Positions 28,469 to 39,338 are shown, counted from the stretch's first letter. The stretch is DNA of 64,000 nucleotides from Candidatus Firestoneibacteriota bacterium (GCA_038042445.1 JBBTED010000067.1:5310-69309); one strand, 5' to 3'. Notes: generated by a model not told the origin, from the letters alone. Numbers and translations: made by a program.

Positions 28469-29722
28469 ATGGATAAAATAATAATAAAGGGTGGCAGAAG
28501 ATTAAAAGGGGTAGTTACAATAAGTGGTTCTAAAAATGCAAGTTTGCCAATAATTGCAGCTAGTCTTTTGGCTAATTCAAATGTAACATTAGAAAATATT
28601 CCTCAGTTAAGAGATGTTACTACTATGATTAAGGTGATTACTGCATTGGGTGCGAGGGTGGAAATAAAAAGGCAGGTATTAAATATAAATCCTGAAGGGT
28701 TTAAATGTAAGGAAGCTCCATATCAGTTAGTAAGAACAATGAGGGCTTCTATATATGTGATGGGTCCTCTACTTGCAAAATTTGGATATGCAAAGGTATC
28801 TTTGCCAGGAGGTTGTGTGATTGGAGTAAGGCCTATAAATTTACATCTTAAAGGGTTTGAAAAATTAGGTGCAAAAGTTAAAATTGAGCATGGATATGTT
28901 GAGGCAAAAGCTAAAAAACTTAAAGGTGCTGAAATTGATTTGGATTGTCCAAGTGTTGGTGCTACAGCAAATTTAATGATGGCAGCTACTTTAGCCCAAG
29001 GAAAAACTGTAATAAGAAATGCTGCAAAAGAACCGCATATAGTTGATTTGGGAAATTTTCTAAAAAAAATGGGAGCTAAAATTAAAGGATATGGGACGGA
29101 TTGCATAAGCATAACAGGTGTCCGGGAACTTTCCGGATGTATTCATGAAATAATTCCAGATTACATAGAAGCCGGAACTTTTATTACTTGTGCAGCAATA
29201 ACAAAAGGTAATGTGATTTTAAATAAAGTACCTGTATCTGATTTGGAAACTGTAATATCAAAGTTTAAAGAAGCAGGTGTTAGTATAATAGAAGAGAGTC
29301 CGAATTCCTTACGTATTAAAATGTCAAAAAATATAAAGGCAATAGATATAAATACATCGCCACATCCTGGGTTTCCTACAGATATGCAGGCACAGTGGAT
29401 GGCGGTTATGAGTGTTGCAAATGGCACAAGTGTAATAACAGAAAGTATATGGGAAAATAGGTTTATGCATGTTGCTGAATTAAGAAGAATGGGAGCTGAT
29501 ATAACACTTGATGGAAACACTGCTATAATAAAAGGAGTGAAATCTTTAAGTAGTGCGCAAGTTATGGTTTCAGATTTAAGAGCCGGTGCTGCACTTGTAA
29601 TAGCTGGCCTTACAGCAAAAGGAGAAACTGAAATTTCAAGAATCTATCATCTTGATAGAGGTTATGAAAAAATAGAGGAAAAGTTAGTAAGATTAGGTGC
29701 AGATATTAAAAGGATAAAATAA
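28469..29722 (+). CDS. murA: UDP-N-acetylglucosamine 1-carboxyvinyltransferase MurA
   Basis: MDKIIIKGGRRLKGVVTISGSKNASLPI, the active-site Cys region LPGGCVIG, and length 417 aa. Confidence 0.9.
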   Translation: MDKIIIKGGRRLKGVVTISGSKNASLPIIAASLLANSNVTLENIPQLRDVTTMIKVITALGARVEIKRQVLNINPEGFKCKEAPYQLVRTMRASIYVMGPLLAKFGYAKVSLPGGCVIGVRPINLHLKGFEKLGAKVKIEHGYVEAKAKKLKGAEIDLDCPSVGATANLMMAATLAQGKTVIRNAAKEPHIVDLGNFLKKMGAKIKGYGTDCISITGVRELSGCIHEIIPDYIEAGTFITCAAITKGNVILNKVPVSDLETVISKFKEAGVSIIEESPNSLRIKMSKNIKAIDINTSPHPGFPTDMQAQWMAVMSVANGTSVITESIWENRFMHVAELRRMGADITLDGNTAIIKGVKSLSSAQVMVSDLRAGAALVIAGLTAKGETEISRIYHLDRGYEKIEEKLVRLGADIKRIK

Positions 29723-29734
29723 GTAGTTAATAAA

Positions 29735-30103
29735 ATGATGAATCTAACAAAAGGTCAAATAGAAGCTCAGATTAGTGAAGCAATAATTAAGTTTGAGAAA
29801 GAATATATGGGTAGAGGTCCTGTTGAAACCAAAACATATATTATAAAAGATATAGTTTTTGTTCGGCTTAAAGGTGTTCTTACGCCTGCAGAAGAACAGT
29901 TGGCAAAAACTGTTGAAGGCGCAAATTTAATAAAAAGGACACGAGTTCAATTATTAGAGAGTGCCAGGTTTTTTTTAGAAAATATTATTTTGGATATTAC
30001 AGCTTGTACAGTAAAAAGTCTCCATAGTGATATTAGTGTAAAAACTGGTGAGAGAATTATTATCTTTACTCTGGATAAAAATTTAGAAGACAATTTTAAT
30101 TGA
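29735..30103 (+). CDS. DUF2294-family small protein
   Basis: LTKGQIEAQISEAIIKFEKEYMGRGP...TPAE is characteristic of this family. Confidence 0.5.
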   Translation: MMNLTKGQIEAQISEAIIKFEKEYMGRGPVETKTYIIKDIVFVRLKGVLTPAEEQLAKTVEGANLIKRTRVQLLESARFFLENIILDITACTVKSLHSDISVKTGERIIIFTLDKNLEDNFN

Positions 30104-30186
30104 CGACAATTATTTTTTAGTATAAGATTCTTTAGGTTAATAATTGGAAGATTAAGCAAAAACTAGTTAAATAGTAGTTGTTTGAT

Positions 30187-30246
30187 AAGCCAACATTAAA
30201 ACTTTCGAGTTTGTATATGGTGGAAAGTTAATGTTGGCTTTTTTAT
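30187..30246 (+). terminator. Rho-independent terminator
   Basis: A 12-bp stem (AAGCCAACATTAA...TTAATGTTGGCTT) followed by TTTTTTATTT. Confidence 0.75.
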
Positions 30247-30437
30247 TTGCAATGCTATTTAAATTAAGTATGTCAGAAAAACATAGTATATGATTATATT
30301 AAAAATACATTGTCCTGTTTTTAAGCACAAAATTCACTGTTCTCAACTTGAAGATACAGAGGCGTCAGAACTTTCTGAAGAAAAACGTTATGAATTCTGT
30401 TTTAGTAAATGTCCTGTATGGAAAAAAGCACAAGAAA

Positions 30438-30962
30438 ATGTCACAATACAGAGATTACCCACAGATAGATAATACTTCATACATCGATTCTACAGCAGTA
30501 GTAATTGGTAAAGTAAAAATAGGTAGAAATGTTTACATTGGTCCAGGTGTTGTTATTAGAGTTGATGAAGCTAATAGTTCGGTTGTTATTCATTCTAACT
30601 GTAATATTCAGGATAGAGTTGTAATTCATGCTTTAGAAGGAACGCATGTAGAGATAGGGGAGAACACATCTCTTTCTCATGGTTGTATAGTTCATGGTCC
30701 TTGTAAAATTGGTGATAGATGTTTTATTGGTTTTGGTGCGGTTATTTTTAATGCTAACTTAGGTAACGGAGTAATTGTTAAACACTTAGCAGTTGTAGAG
30801 GAAGTTAAAATTCCTTCTAAAAGAATAGTGCCTAATGGGGTTGTTATTGATTTGAAAACTGGAGTTAAAAATTTAGAAAATGTAAGTAGAAAATTAAAAA
30901 TATTCGCTCAAAAAGTAGTTACTGCTAATTTGAAATTAGTAAAAAAATATAAAAATGTATAA
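30438..30962 (+). CDS. Gamma-carbonic-anhydrase-like hexapeptide-repeat (LbH) protein, YrdA/PaaY-like. The start is uncertain and could be as early as 30348.
   Basis: Hexapeptide repeats VVIGKVKIG, VYIGPGVVIR and IGDRCFIGFGAVI. The N-terminus resembles YrdA (MSQYRDYPQID). Confidence 0.6.
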   Translation: MSQYRDYPQIDNTSYIDSTAVVIGKVKIGRNVYIGPGVVIRVDEANSSVVIHSNCNIQDRVVIHALEGTHVEIGENTSLSHGCIVHGPCKIGDRCFIGFGAVIFNANLGNGVIVKHLAVVEEVKIPSKRIVPNGVVIDLKTGVKNLENVSRKLKIFAQKVVTANLKLVKKYKNV

Positions 30963-31533
30963 AGCAGTGTTTTTAGATAGAGATGGGACAATAAATGAAG
31001 ATGTGGGGGATTTTTGTTCTCCAAATAAACTTATTTTTATACCTGGTGCTATTGAGGCATTGAGGATTTTGCAGGAAAAATTTTTACTCTTTATTATTAC
31101 AAATCAATCAGGAATTAGTAAGGGTGTTTTTACTGAAAAAGAATTTATACGATTTAATAAATATTTTAATAAACTTCTTAAAAAAGAAGGTGTTGTAATA
31201 AAAAAAATCTATTACTGTTCGCATATAAAAGAAGAGAAATGTATTTGTCGTAAGCCTAGTTCATATTTTTTAAAGCAGGCAGTACAAAATTACAATATTG
31301 ATTTGAGGAATTCTTATGTTATTGGGGATCATCCTCATGATATAGAAATGGGATATAATGTTGGAGTAAGTTCTATATATCTTTTGACTGGTCACGGTAA
31401 AAAACATAGACAAGATTTAATAATAAAACCGGATTTTATTGCTACTGATCTTTACAAAGCATCAATTTGGATTTTTGCAAAAAACAAGTTAAAAGTTGGG
31501 AAATATTGCAATTTTTTTGAGAATATGATATAA
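30955..31533 (+). CDS. gmhB: D-glycero-D-manno-heptose 1,7-bisphosphate phosphatase-like HAD hydrolase
   Basis: FLDRDGTIN and a Zn-binding C-x-H...C-x-C-R-K-P motif (CSHIKEEKCICRKP). Confidence 0.7.
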   Translation: MYKAVFLDRDGTINEDVGDFCSPNKLIFIPGAIEALRILQEKFLLFIITNQSGISKGVFTEKEFIRFNKYFNKLLKKEGVVIKKIYYCSHIKEEKCICRKPSSYFLKQAVQNYNIDLRNSYVIGDHPHDIEMGYNVGVSSIYLLTGHGKKHRQDLIIKPDFIATDLYKASIWIFAKNKLKVGKYCNFFENMI

Positions 31534-31571
31534 AAATTTTAATAAAGGTAATTAAAAAAGGAGGCAGTATA

Positions 31572-32429
31572 ATGGAAGAAAGAGATATTTATGAGAGTAT
31601 GAAGACAGTGCAGTCTGCAATGAAGAAGCCGGAGGTAAGGATGGCAGTAATTATCGGAGCAATTCTGATAGGTTTTTTGTTTTTTAGACCATGGGTTCAG
31701 GTTGGTCCAGGTGAAAGAGGGGTTGTTCTTAATTTCGGTGCTGTTCAAAAGATTGTGCTTGGAGAAGGAATTCATTTCAGGATACCTGTAGTGCAGAAAG
31801 TTGCTTTTATGGATGTTAAGGTGCAGAAATCTTTAATAAATGCTGCTGCTTCATCGTCTAACCTTCAGGAAGTGAGTTCAGAGGTTGCGATTAACTACCA
31901 CATAATTCCGGATAAAGCAAATATTGTTTATCAATCCATCGGCATATACTTTCAAGAGCGAATCATAGATCCAGCAGTGCAAGAAGTGGTAAAGGCTGTG
32001 TCAGCCAAGTATACAGCAGAAGAGCTTATAACAAAGAGGGCATTGGTAAGCGAGGCAATGAGAGCAAATCTTGCTGAAAGACTTTTCCCGTACAATATAG
32101 CAGTTGATGCATTTTCTATTGTCGGGTTCAGCTTCTCCAAAATATATTTGGAAGCTATTGAGTCAAAGCAGACAGCAGAACAACTTGCACTAAAGGCAAA
32201 TAGAGATCTGGAGAGGATAAAGATAGAAGCAGAACAGAAAATTACGGCAGCCAGGGCAGAAGCTGAATCTCTGAGACTTCAAAGAGCAAATATTTCAACA
32301 GATCTTATAGAGTTGAGAAAAATAGAGGCAAACCTTAAGGCAATAGATAAATGGAACGGAATATTGCCACAGGTTACAGGTAGCGGGGCAATACCATTTA
32401 TTGGAGTAGGTGATATACAGGGAAAATAA
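31572..32429 (+). CDS. SPFH/band-7 (prohibitin/HflC-like) membrane protein
   Basis: An N-terminal TM helix, an SPFH core GERGVVLNFGAVQKIV and a coiled-coil C-terminus. Confidence 0.75.
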   Translation: MEERDIYESMKTVQSAMKKPEVRMAVIIGAILIGFLFFRPWVQVGPGERGVVLNFGAVQKIVLGEGIHFRIPVVQKVAFMDVKVQKSLINAAASSSNLQEVSSEVAINYHIIPDKANIVYQSIGIYFQERIIDPAVQEVVKAVSAKYTAEELITKRALVSEAMRANLAERLFPYNIAVDAFSIVGFSFSKIYLEAIESKQTAEQLALKANRDLERIKIEAEQKITAARAEAESLRLQRANISTDLIELRKIEANLKAIDKWNGILPQVTGSGAIPFIGVGDIQGK

Positions 32430-32459
32430 ACAAATAATCGTGTATGTGGAGAATTTCCT

Positions 32460-32717
32460 ATGATTAGATATGTTAGTTTTCTTATTATTGTGGGTATTGT
32501 TGGCGGTATTATAGCCAGAAGAAAAGGCCGCAATCCTGTAATTTGGTTTACGTTGTGTGCTCTTTTCCCTTTGCTTATTGTTGTTATTGCATTTTTTCCG
32601 CCTCTGGTATCTAAAGGATATACCAAAAAGTGTTTTTATTGCGCAGAAATAATTAAAGAAGACGCAAGATTTTGCAAACACTGTGGCAAGGAGCAACCTA
32701 TAGATATGGTCAGGTGA
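32460..32717 (+). CDS. Small membrane protein with a C-terminal zinc ribbon
   Basis: Two TM helices, then CFYC...CKHCG. Confidence 0.4.
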   Translation: MIRYVSFLIIVGIVGGIIARRKGRNPVIWFTLCALFPLLIVVIAFFPPLVSKGYTKKCFYCAEIIKEDARFCKHCGKEQPIDMVR

Positions 32718-32840
32718 AAGAATACAGACTATAGTTAAAAAATATGGTTAGGGTGTTTTCTAATAGATAATTCTAAATATAAATAATATCTAAAAATACG
32801 ATTTGTGGAAACTTTATTTTTCTTGTGCTGTGAGTATCTT

Positions 32841-32891
32841 GTAGCGGCGAATGTGAATTCGCAAAATTCGCCGGCTTACATCGACCGCTAC
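32841..32891. repeat. Nested palindrome GTAGCGG-(GCGAAT..ATTCGC)-CCGCTAC. A second family member is at 52218-52273.
   Basis: The outer stem is GTAGCGG/CCGCTAC. The inner hairpin is GCGAATgtgaattcgcaaaATTCGC. Confidence 0.55.
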
Positions 32892-32926
32892 TATTTTATT
32901 CGTGTTAATTCTATCTGGAGCAAAAT

Positions 32927-34339
32927 ATGTGTAAAACAAAAATTATTTGTACCATAGGTCCTGCATCAGAAAAATCTGCTACAATAGAGAAAATGATAAA
33001 ATCAGGTATGGATATTGCACGCCTTAATTTTTCACATGGTTCTTATGAACAACACAGGATATATTTCGATAATATACGTAAAATATCAAATAAATTGAAT
33101 AAGAATATAGGGGTCTTACAGGATTTACAAGGACCGAAAATACGTGTTTGCAAATTTGTTTCGGGAATAAAAAGTATAATTTTAAAACAAGGCGGAAAAT
33201 TTATTTTAACTACAGAAAATTATCCTGAAAGTATGAATAAGGCAAGTGTGGATTATAAAAATCTACATAAATATCTTATTAAAGGTGATAGGGTTTTTCT
33301 TGATGATGGCAAAATAGAACTGTTAGTAAGGAAAGTTGTTAAAAGAAATATCGAGTGTGAAGTAATTGTTGGCGGTGAGTTATATGAACGTAAAGGAATT
33401 TCGTTGCCTGGTAAGTTCTTGCCACTGCCTGTAATTACTCGACAGGATATAAATGATTTGAATTTTGGTATAAGTCTTGGTGTGAATTATGTTGCTGTAT
33501 CTTTTACAAGAAAAGCGGAGAATATTCTCCAAATTAAAAAATTACTTAAAAAAAATAACAATATTTTAATAATTGCTAAAATTGAAGATGCGGAGGGTAT
33601 AAGTAATATAAATAGTATAATTGATGTTAGTGATGCTATAATGATTGCTCGTGGAGATATGGGTGTATGCTTAACAAGGGCAGAAGTTCCTATAGTACAA
33701 AAAGAAATAATTAGAAAATGTCGTCTGGCAGGAAAGCCAGTAATAGTGGCAACACAAATGCTTGATTCGATGATAACAAATTTTCATCCTACCCGGGCAG
33801 AAGTGAATGATGTTGCTAATAGTGTGTTTGATGGAGCAGATTGTTTAATGCTTTCAGCTGAAACATCTATAGGGAAATATCCAGTAGAAGTAGTACACGA
33901 AATGAGCATCATCATTAACACAGTAGAAAAGTCTGTCGATTATATAAAAGTTTTAACTTCAGAAGAATTTTATCCTTTAGAAAAAGGATTGATTCAAGGT
34001 GTAGGAATAGCAATTGATAAACTTTCACAGGTTGGTGATGTGAAAGCAATAATTTGCTTAACTGAAACTGGCAATACTGCAAAAATAATTTCCCGGTATC
34101 GTCCGCAATTACCAATAATTGCAATTACAATAAACAGAGCAGTTGCAATGAAACTACTTTTTTATTGGGGATTAAAAGTTTTGGTTGGTAAAAAAGTGAA
34201 AGATGTGGAACAGAATTACAGGATGTTTATAAAGCAAATAAAAAAACAAGGGTTGATTGATAAAGGGGAGCGAGTAATTATAACAAGTGGAATAAGAGAG
34301 AAACCATTTAATGCAGATATTCATATAGTAGAAGTTTGA
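32927..34339 (+). CDS. pyk: Pyruvate kinase
   Basis: KIICTIGPAS, ARLNFSHGS, the active-site region MIARGDMG, and length 470 aa. Confidence 0.9.
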   Translation: MCKTKIICTIGPASEKSATIEKMIKSGMDIARLNFSHGSYEQHRIYFDNIRKISNKLNKNIGVLQDLQGPKIRVCKFVSGIKSIILKQGGKFILTTENYPESMNKASVDYKNLHKYLIKGDRVFLDDGKIELLVRKVVKRNIECEVIVGGELYERKGISLPGKFLPLPVITRQDINDLNFGISLGVNYVAVSFTRKAENILQIKKLLKKNNNILIIAKIEDAEGISNINSIIDVSDAIMIARGDMGVCLTRAEVPIVQKEIIRKCRLAGKPVIVATQMLDSMITNFHPTRAEVNDVANSVFDGADCLMLSAETSIGKYPVEVVHEMSIIINTVEKSVDYIKVLTSEEFYPLEKGLIQGVGIAIDKLSQVGDVKAIICLTETGNTAKIISRYRPQLPIIAITINRAVAMKLLFYWGLKVLVGKKVKDVEQNYRMFIKQIKKQGLIDKGERVIITSGIREKPFNADIHIVEV

Positions 34340-34390
34340 TGGAAAAAGTTGGGGTGTTTCAAAAAAACAAAAGAGAAGGAGGTAATTTAA

Positions 34391-34690
34391 ATGAAACGAA
34401 ATGAAAAAGAAGAAGAGTATTTTGTAAAAATTGAATTTGAAAGGAAAAAAAAGATTGAAGTGGAGAAACATAAAAAAATTGCGGATGAAGAAAAGAAAAG
34501 ATTAAAGGAATTTCATTATATGAGATGCCCCAAATGTGGGATGAAACTGATAGAGATTGATTATAAAGGTATAAAAATTGATGAATGTTCTGAATGTGAT
34601 GGGATTTGGCTTGATACAGGTGAACTCGAAAGTGTGTCAAAACTTAACAAAACAGGATTTGATAAATTGTTTAGTGTTTTTAAGCGATAA
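34391..34690 (+). CDS. Zinc-ribbon domain protein (CPKCG...CSECDGIWLDTGEL motif)
   Basis: A Lys/Glu-rich N-terminus, then a Zn ribbon with a WLD-GEL signature. Confidence 0.45.
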   Translation: MKRNEKEEEYFVKIEFERKKKIEVEKHKKIADEEKKRLKEFHYMRCPKCGMKLIEIDYKGIKIDECSECDGIWLDTGELESVSKLNKTGFDKLFSVFKR

Positions 34691-34913
34691 ATATATATAT
34701 TTAAAAAAATGATTATAAAGCTAAATTCAAAACACATCCTTTGTCATTTTTTGAATTAATGTCCATAATTGCATTGTCATCTGTGATATTTTTTGCAATA
34801 GAGATAGAAAAACTTATTCGAAGAAAATGGTTAAAAACATTTTAGTTGCAATTACTAAATAAAGATATTATATTTAGTAGAAATAAAAATGTATTTTTTT
34901 AAGGAGGATAAAA

Positions 34914-35531
34914 ATGGATTTAAAAACAAAAATGAAATCTCCTTTTGTATTGCTTAGAATGCTTTATGACTGGACTATTTTGTGGTCTCAAAGTAAAAAA
35001 GCGCCTTTTGCTCTTTTTGGTATAGCGTTTAGCGAAAGTTCATTCTTCCCTATACCTCCGGATGTGTTGCTTATTCCTATGGTTGTAGGGCAGAGAAATA
35101 AGTGGTTTAAGTATGCGTTAATATGTACCATTGGTTCTGTGTTGGGAGGATTATTCGGGTATTTAATAGGATGGGGATTATATGAGACTGTTGGTAAAGC
35201 AATTGTTAATTTTTATAATATGCAAGAAGTAGTAAAAATAGTTGGAACAAAATATGCTGAAAACGCTTTTATTACTGTTTTTACTGCTGCTTTTACTCCG
35301 ATACCATATAAGGCAATTACAATTACCGCAGGGGTATTCTTTATTTCACTAAAGACTTTGATTGTAGCATCTATTATTGGGCGGGGAGCAAGATTTTTTC
35401 TTGTTGCTGGTATTCTTAAAATTTATGGTAAGAAACTACAGGACTCAATTGAGAAATACTTTAATATATTTTCTACGATTTTTATTGTATTGTTAATAGG
35501 TGGTATAATTATTTTAAAATATTTTTTTTAA
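34914..35531 (+). CDS. YqaA/DedA (VTT-domain) family membrane protein
   Basis: ESSFFPIPPDVLLIPM motif and multiple TM helices. Confidence 0.65.
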   Translation: MDLKTKMKSPFVLLRMLYDWTILWSQSKKAPFALFGIAFSESSFFPIPPDVLLIPMVVGQRNKWFKYALICTIGSVLGGLFGYLIGWGLYETVGKAIVNFYNMQEVVKIVGTKYAENAFITVFTAAFTPIPYKAITITAGVFFISLKTLIVASIIGRGARFFLVAGILKIYGKKLQDSIEKYFNIFSTIFIVLLIGGIIILKYFF

Positions 35532-35580
35532 AACAGGATGAAGTTTTCCCTATTTCTCTCTTGATAAAGGGGTTTAAGGG

Positions 35581-37164
35581 GTGTATGAAATTTCTATGAA
35601 TATTTTAAGTTTATGTTTTGCATTTACTATAGCATTGATATGGCCTATATTTAGGTTTTATGGTGTTTTGCATAATCCTGTTATTATTTCTTTGCTTTCA
35701 GGTTGTTCTATAATGGGTGCTGGATTTTTACTGTCTTGGGCTTCTGAAGCTGCTGAAAAAGATATTCCGAAATCTCTTGCATTAAGCTTACTTGCGCTTA
35801 TTGCTGTATTACCTGAATACGCTATTGATATATATTTTGCCTGGATGGGTGGAAAAGATCCTACATATATTTCTTATGCAGCAGCTAATATGACTGGTGG
35901 AAATAGACTATTAATAGGGCTTGGCTGGTCACTTGTAGTATTTTTGCACTATTTTAAGTCAAAGAAAACTGAGATTGTGGTGGAAAAATCACATCATATA
36001 GAAATATCCTGTCTTGCTGTTGCAACTTTATATTCATTTATAATACCAATTAAAGGCACGTTGTCTATAGTAGATTCTATATTTCTTATTAGTCTTTTTT
36101 TGTGGTATCTTATAAATATAGCTAAATCAGAAGTTGAAGAACCTCATCTTGTAGGACCTGCCAAAACAATAGCAGATTTAAAAAAACCTATTCGTATAAG
36201 TATAGTAACATTTTTATTTCTTTATTCAGGCCTATGTATTTATCTTGCTGCAGAACCATTTGCCGAAAGTTTGCTTGAAATGGGCAGGCATTACAAAATA
36301 GAAGAATTTTTGTTAGTTCAGTGGTTAGCACCATTAGCGTCTGAAGCTCCGGAAATAATAGTAGTTTGTATTTTTGTTCTCAAAAGTAAACCTACATCTG
36401 CATTAGGGGCTCTTATTTCATCTAAAATAAATCAATGGACTTTATTGGTTGGAATGTTGCCTTTGGCATTTATGATTTCAGCAGGCAAATTTATGCCTAT
36501 GCATCTTGATGCGCGTCAAACTGAAGAAATTTTGCTAACTTCAGCACAGTCATTATTTGCTATTTCTATTCTGTTGAATTCAAAATTTTCTATAAAAGAA
36601 GCGCTTACACTTTTTATTTTGTTTGCTACGCAAATATTTTTTACATCAGAAACAGCGAGATATGTTTATGTTGTTTTATATCTGATTTTAACTGTAGTAA
36701 TGTTGTTTAAATATAGGTCGCATTTGAAAGTTCTAATCAAAGTGTTCATTCCAGTAATATTGATTTTTCTTGTAGGTTGTGGTTCAAATATTCAAGTCAT
36801 TCGTCAGGATGGGATTAATGAATCTGAAGCTCAGATAGTTTCAATAATAGGGACAGGCAAAATTTTATCTGTTAGCGATAAAGAAGTATGGGTGAATGTA
36901 GATAGCAATTCTGATGTTAAAGAAAACGAAATATTACTGGTTTATCGTAAAGTTTCTGATTATAAAGTGTTAACTGCTATTTCTGCAGTAAAAACAGGAA
37001 AAGTAAAATTAATTAAAAAAATTACTAATACAATTTATACAGCGGAAATAATTGAACAAATGTATAGTATTGTGCCCGGAGATTTTGCACTAAGTGAGAC
37101 AATAATGCGCGAAGAAGAAAAAAAGACTCCTCCATTTGAGACATTGCCAACACATATCCATTAA
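35581..37164 (+). CDS. Polytopic membrane protein, possibly a CaCA/CAX-like cation antiporter with an extra C-terminal soluble domain
   Basis: Two acidic motifs, SWASEAAEKD and LASEAPEII, are reminiscent of the CAX GNAAE repeats. There are more than 10 TM helices. It is adjacent to copA. Confidence 0.35.
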   Translation: MYEISMNILSLCFAFTIALIWPIFRFYGVLHNPVIISLLSGCSIMGAGFLLSWASEAAEKDIPKSLALSLLALIAVLPEYAIDIYFAWMGGKDPTYISYAAANMTGGNRLLIGLGWSLVVFLHYFKSKKTEIVVEKSHHIEISCLAVATLYSFIIPIKGTLSIVDSIFLISLFLWYLINIAKSEVEEPHLVGPAKTIADLKKPIRISIVTFLFLYSGLCIYLAAEPFAESLLEMGRHYKIEEFLLVQWLAPLASEAPEIIVVCIFVLKSKPTSALGALISSKINQWTLLVGMLPLAFMISAGKFMPMHLDARQTEEILLTSAQSLFAISILLNSKFSIKEALTLFILFATQIFFTSETARYVYVVLYLILTVVMLFKYRSHLKVLIKVFIPVILIFLVGCGSNIQVIRQDGINESEAQIVSIIGTGKILSVSDKEVWVNVDSNSDVKENEILLVYRKVSDYKVLTAISAVKTGKVKLIKKITNTIYTAEIIEQMYSIVPGDFALSETIMREEEKKTPPFETLPTHIH

Positions 37165-37165
37165 G

Positions 37166-39331
37166 ATGTCTAAACTGACTATAAATATTTCAGGAATGTC
37201 CTGTGCATCTTGTGTTTCCAATATTGAAAATACAGTTAAAAAACTTAACGGTATTTTAACGATAAATGTAAGTCTTGCTCTTAAAAAGGGACAAATAGAA
37301 TATAATCCTGATGAAGTTTCAGACAATAAAATAAAACAAACCATAAAAGATTTAGGATATGAAGTTTTTATTTCTGAAGCTGTTGCAGATTTAAAATCCA
37401 AAAAAGAGATAGAAGGTAACTATTATAAACTTATTAGTTGTGCAATTTTATCTGCGATTATTTTCATATTTGGTTTTCTGGAAAAAATTCCGTATGTTAT
37501 TTCGTTTGTTTTGGTTTTGCCAGTGCAATTTTGGGGGGGATGGCAATTCTATAAGGGTTTCTGGAAAAATCTAAAGAATTTTCAATTTGATATGAATACT
37601 TTGATATCTATTGGAACTTCTTCAGCTTTTATATACAGTGTTGTTGCTACTTTCTTTCCACAGTTTATTTCAGAAGCAGGATTAAAAACAGGTATATACT
37701 ATGATACTTCTGCTGTGATAATTACACTTGTTTTGTTTGGCAGGTTTCTGGATGCAAAAGCAAAAAATAGGGCATCATTAGCTTTAGAAAAATTGATTAA
37801 ATTGCATCCTAAATTTGTCCATATAATTAGAGATAGCAAAGAATCGGATATTTTGCTAAATGAATTAAAACATAATGATATAGTGGTTGTAAAGTCCGGT
37901 GAAAGAATACCTGCTGATGGAATAGTTATAGATGGATTTTCTACAGTTGATGAATCTATGCTTACTGGTGAAAGTTTGCCGGTTGAAAAGAAAGCTAATG
38001 ATAAAATTACAGCAGGAACTATAAATTACACAGGAACATTTAAATTTAATGTTTTGAAAACAGGCGGTGAAACTGTACTTGCACAGATGGTTAAAATGGT
38101 GGAAGAGGCATTACTTAGTAAAGCTCCAATTCAAAATTTTGCTGATAAAGTGGCAGGAATTTTTGTTCCATCTGTGATTATAATCGCTATACTTACTTTT
38201 GTTGTATGGATGATATTTGGGAAAGTATTTAATTTGGCTCTTTTAAATTTTGTGTCAGTATTGATAATTGCTTGTCCTTGTGCGTTAGGATTGGCAACTC
38301 CGATGGCAATTATTGTGGGAGTTGGAAAAGCATCAGAAATGGGTATTCTTTTTAAAAGTGCAGGAAGTATTGAGATGTTGCATAAAACCAAAGTGCTTAT
38401 TTTTGATAAAACAGGCACATTGACTTTTGGTAAGCCAGAAATTAAAAATATAATTCCATTTAAAGGTTATTTGGAACATCAAATTTTAGAAGTTGCAGGT
38501 TCAGTTTCGCAAAAATCTGAACATCCATATAGTAAAGCTATTTTGAGTCGTGTGCGTGAGGGAAAAATCAAACTTTTTGAACCTATAGGATTTGAAGAAT
38601 TTCCAGGTAATGGTATAAATGCTAAACTTGGAGAAAAAAATGTATTGCTTGGCAGTTTGAATTTTATGAAAGAAAAGAAAATAGATTTGTCTGATATGAA
38701 TAATATTTCTGAAATAGGATTTGGAAGTTTAACTTATGTTGTAGTTGATAATATGTTAGTTGGTATATTAGTTATGGCAGATGAAGTCAGGCCAGATGCA
38801 AAAATGGCCATTGAATCCTTAAAAAATATTGGAGTTGATACTGTTTTATTGACAGGTGATAATAAAACAACTGCTGATAAAGTAGCTAAAGAGCTTGGAA
38901 TAAATAAAGTTTTTGCAGAGGTTTTGCCACAGGATAAAGCTTTTTATGTCCAACAATTTCAGAGTGATGGCAAGATAGTTGCAATGGTTGGTGATGGAAT
39001 TAATGATGCATTGGCTTTAGCTAATGCGAATGTAGGGATTGCAGTTGCGACCGGTTCAGATATAGCAATTGAAGCAGCTGATGTTACATTGATGAAAAAT
39101 GATTTGCTATTGCTTGCTACCACAATAAATTTAAGCAAAAAAATGATGCGTATAATTAAACAAAATTTATTCTGGGCATTTGCCTATAATGTTTTAGGAA
39201 TACCTATTGCTGCAGGGATTCTTTATCCTTTTTTAGGTGAAAAAGGATTTTTGAATCCAATGTTTGCGTCTTTTGCAATGGCTATGAGTTCTTTATCAGT
39301 TATACTAAATTCTTTGCGATTAAAACGTTAG
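37166..39331 (+). CDS. copA: Copper-translocating P-type ATPase
   Basis: HMA domain GMSCASCVSNIE, a CPC motif (ACPCALGLATP), DKTGTLT, GDGINDAPAL and TGES. Confidence 0.9.
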   Translation: MSKLTINISGMSCASCVSNIENTVKKLNGILTINVSLALKKGQIEYNPDEVSDNKIKQTIKDLGYEVFISEAVADLKSKKEIEGNYYKLISCAILSAIIFIFGFLEKIPYVISFVLVLPVQFWGGWQFYKGFWKNLKNFQFDMNTLISIGTSSAFIYSVVATFFPQFISEAGLKTGIYYDTSAVIITLVLFGRFLDAKAKNRASLALEKLIKLHPKFVHIIRDSKESDILLNELKHNDIVVVKSGERIPADGIVIDGFSTVDESMLTGESLPVEKKANDKITAGTINYTGTFKFNVLKTGGETVLAQMVKMVEEALLSKAPIQNFADKVAGIFVPSVIIIAILTFVVWMIFGKVFNLALLNFVSVLIIACPCALGLATPMAIIVGVGKASEMGILFKSAGSIEMLHKTKVLIFDKTGTLTFGKPEIKNIIPFKGYLEHQILEVAGSVSQKSEHPYSKAILSRVREGKIKLFEPIGFEEFPGNGINAKLGEKNVLLGSLNFMKEKKIDLSDMNNISEIGFGSLTYVVVDNMLVGILVMADEVRPDAKMAIESLKNIGVDTVLLTGDNKTTADKVAKELGINKVFAEVLPQDKAFYVQQFQSDGKIVAMVGDGINDALALANANVGIAVATGSDIAIEAADVTLMKNDLLLLATTINLSKKMMRIIKQNLFWAFAYNVLGIPIAAGILYPFLGEKGFLNPMFASFAMAMSSLSVILNSLRLKR

Positions 39332-39338
39332 AAAATAT

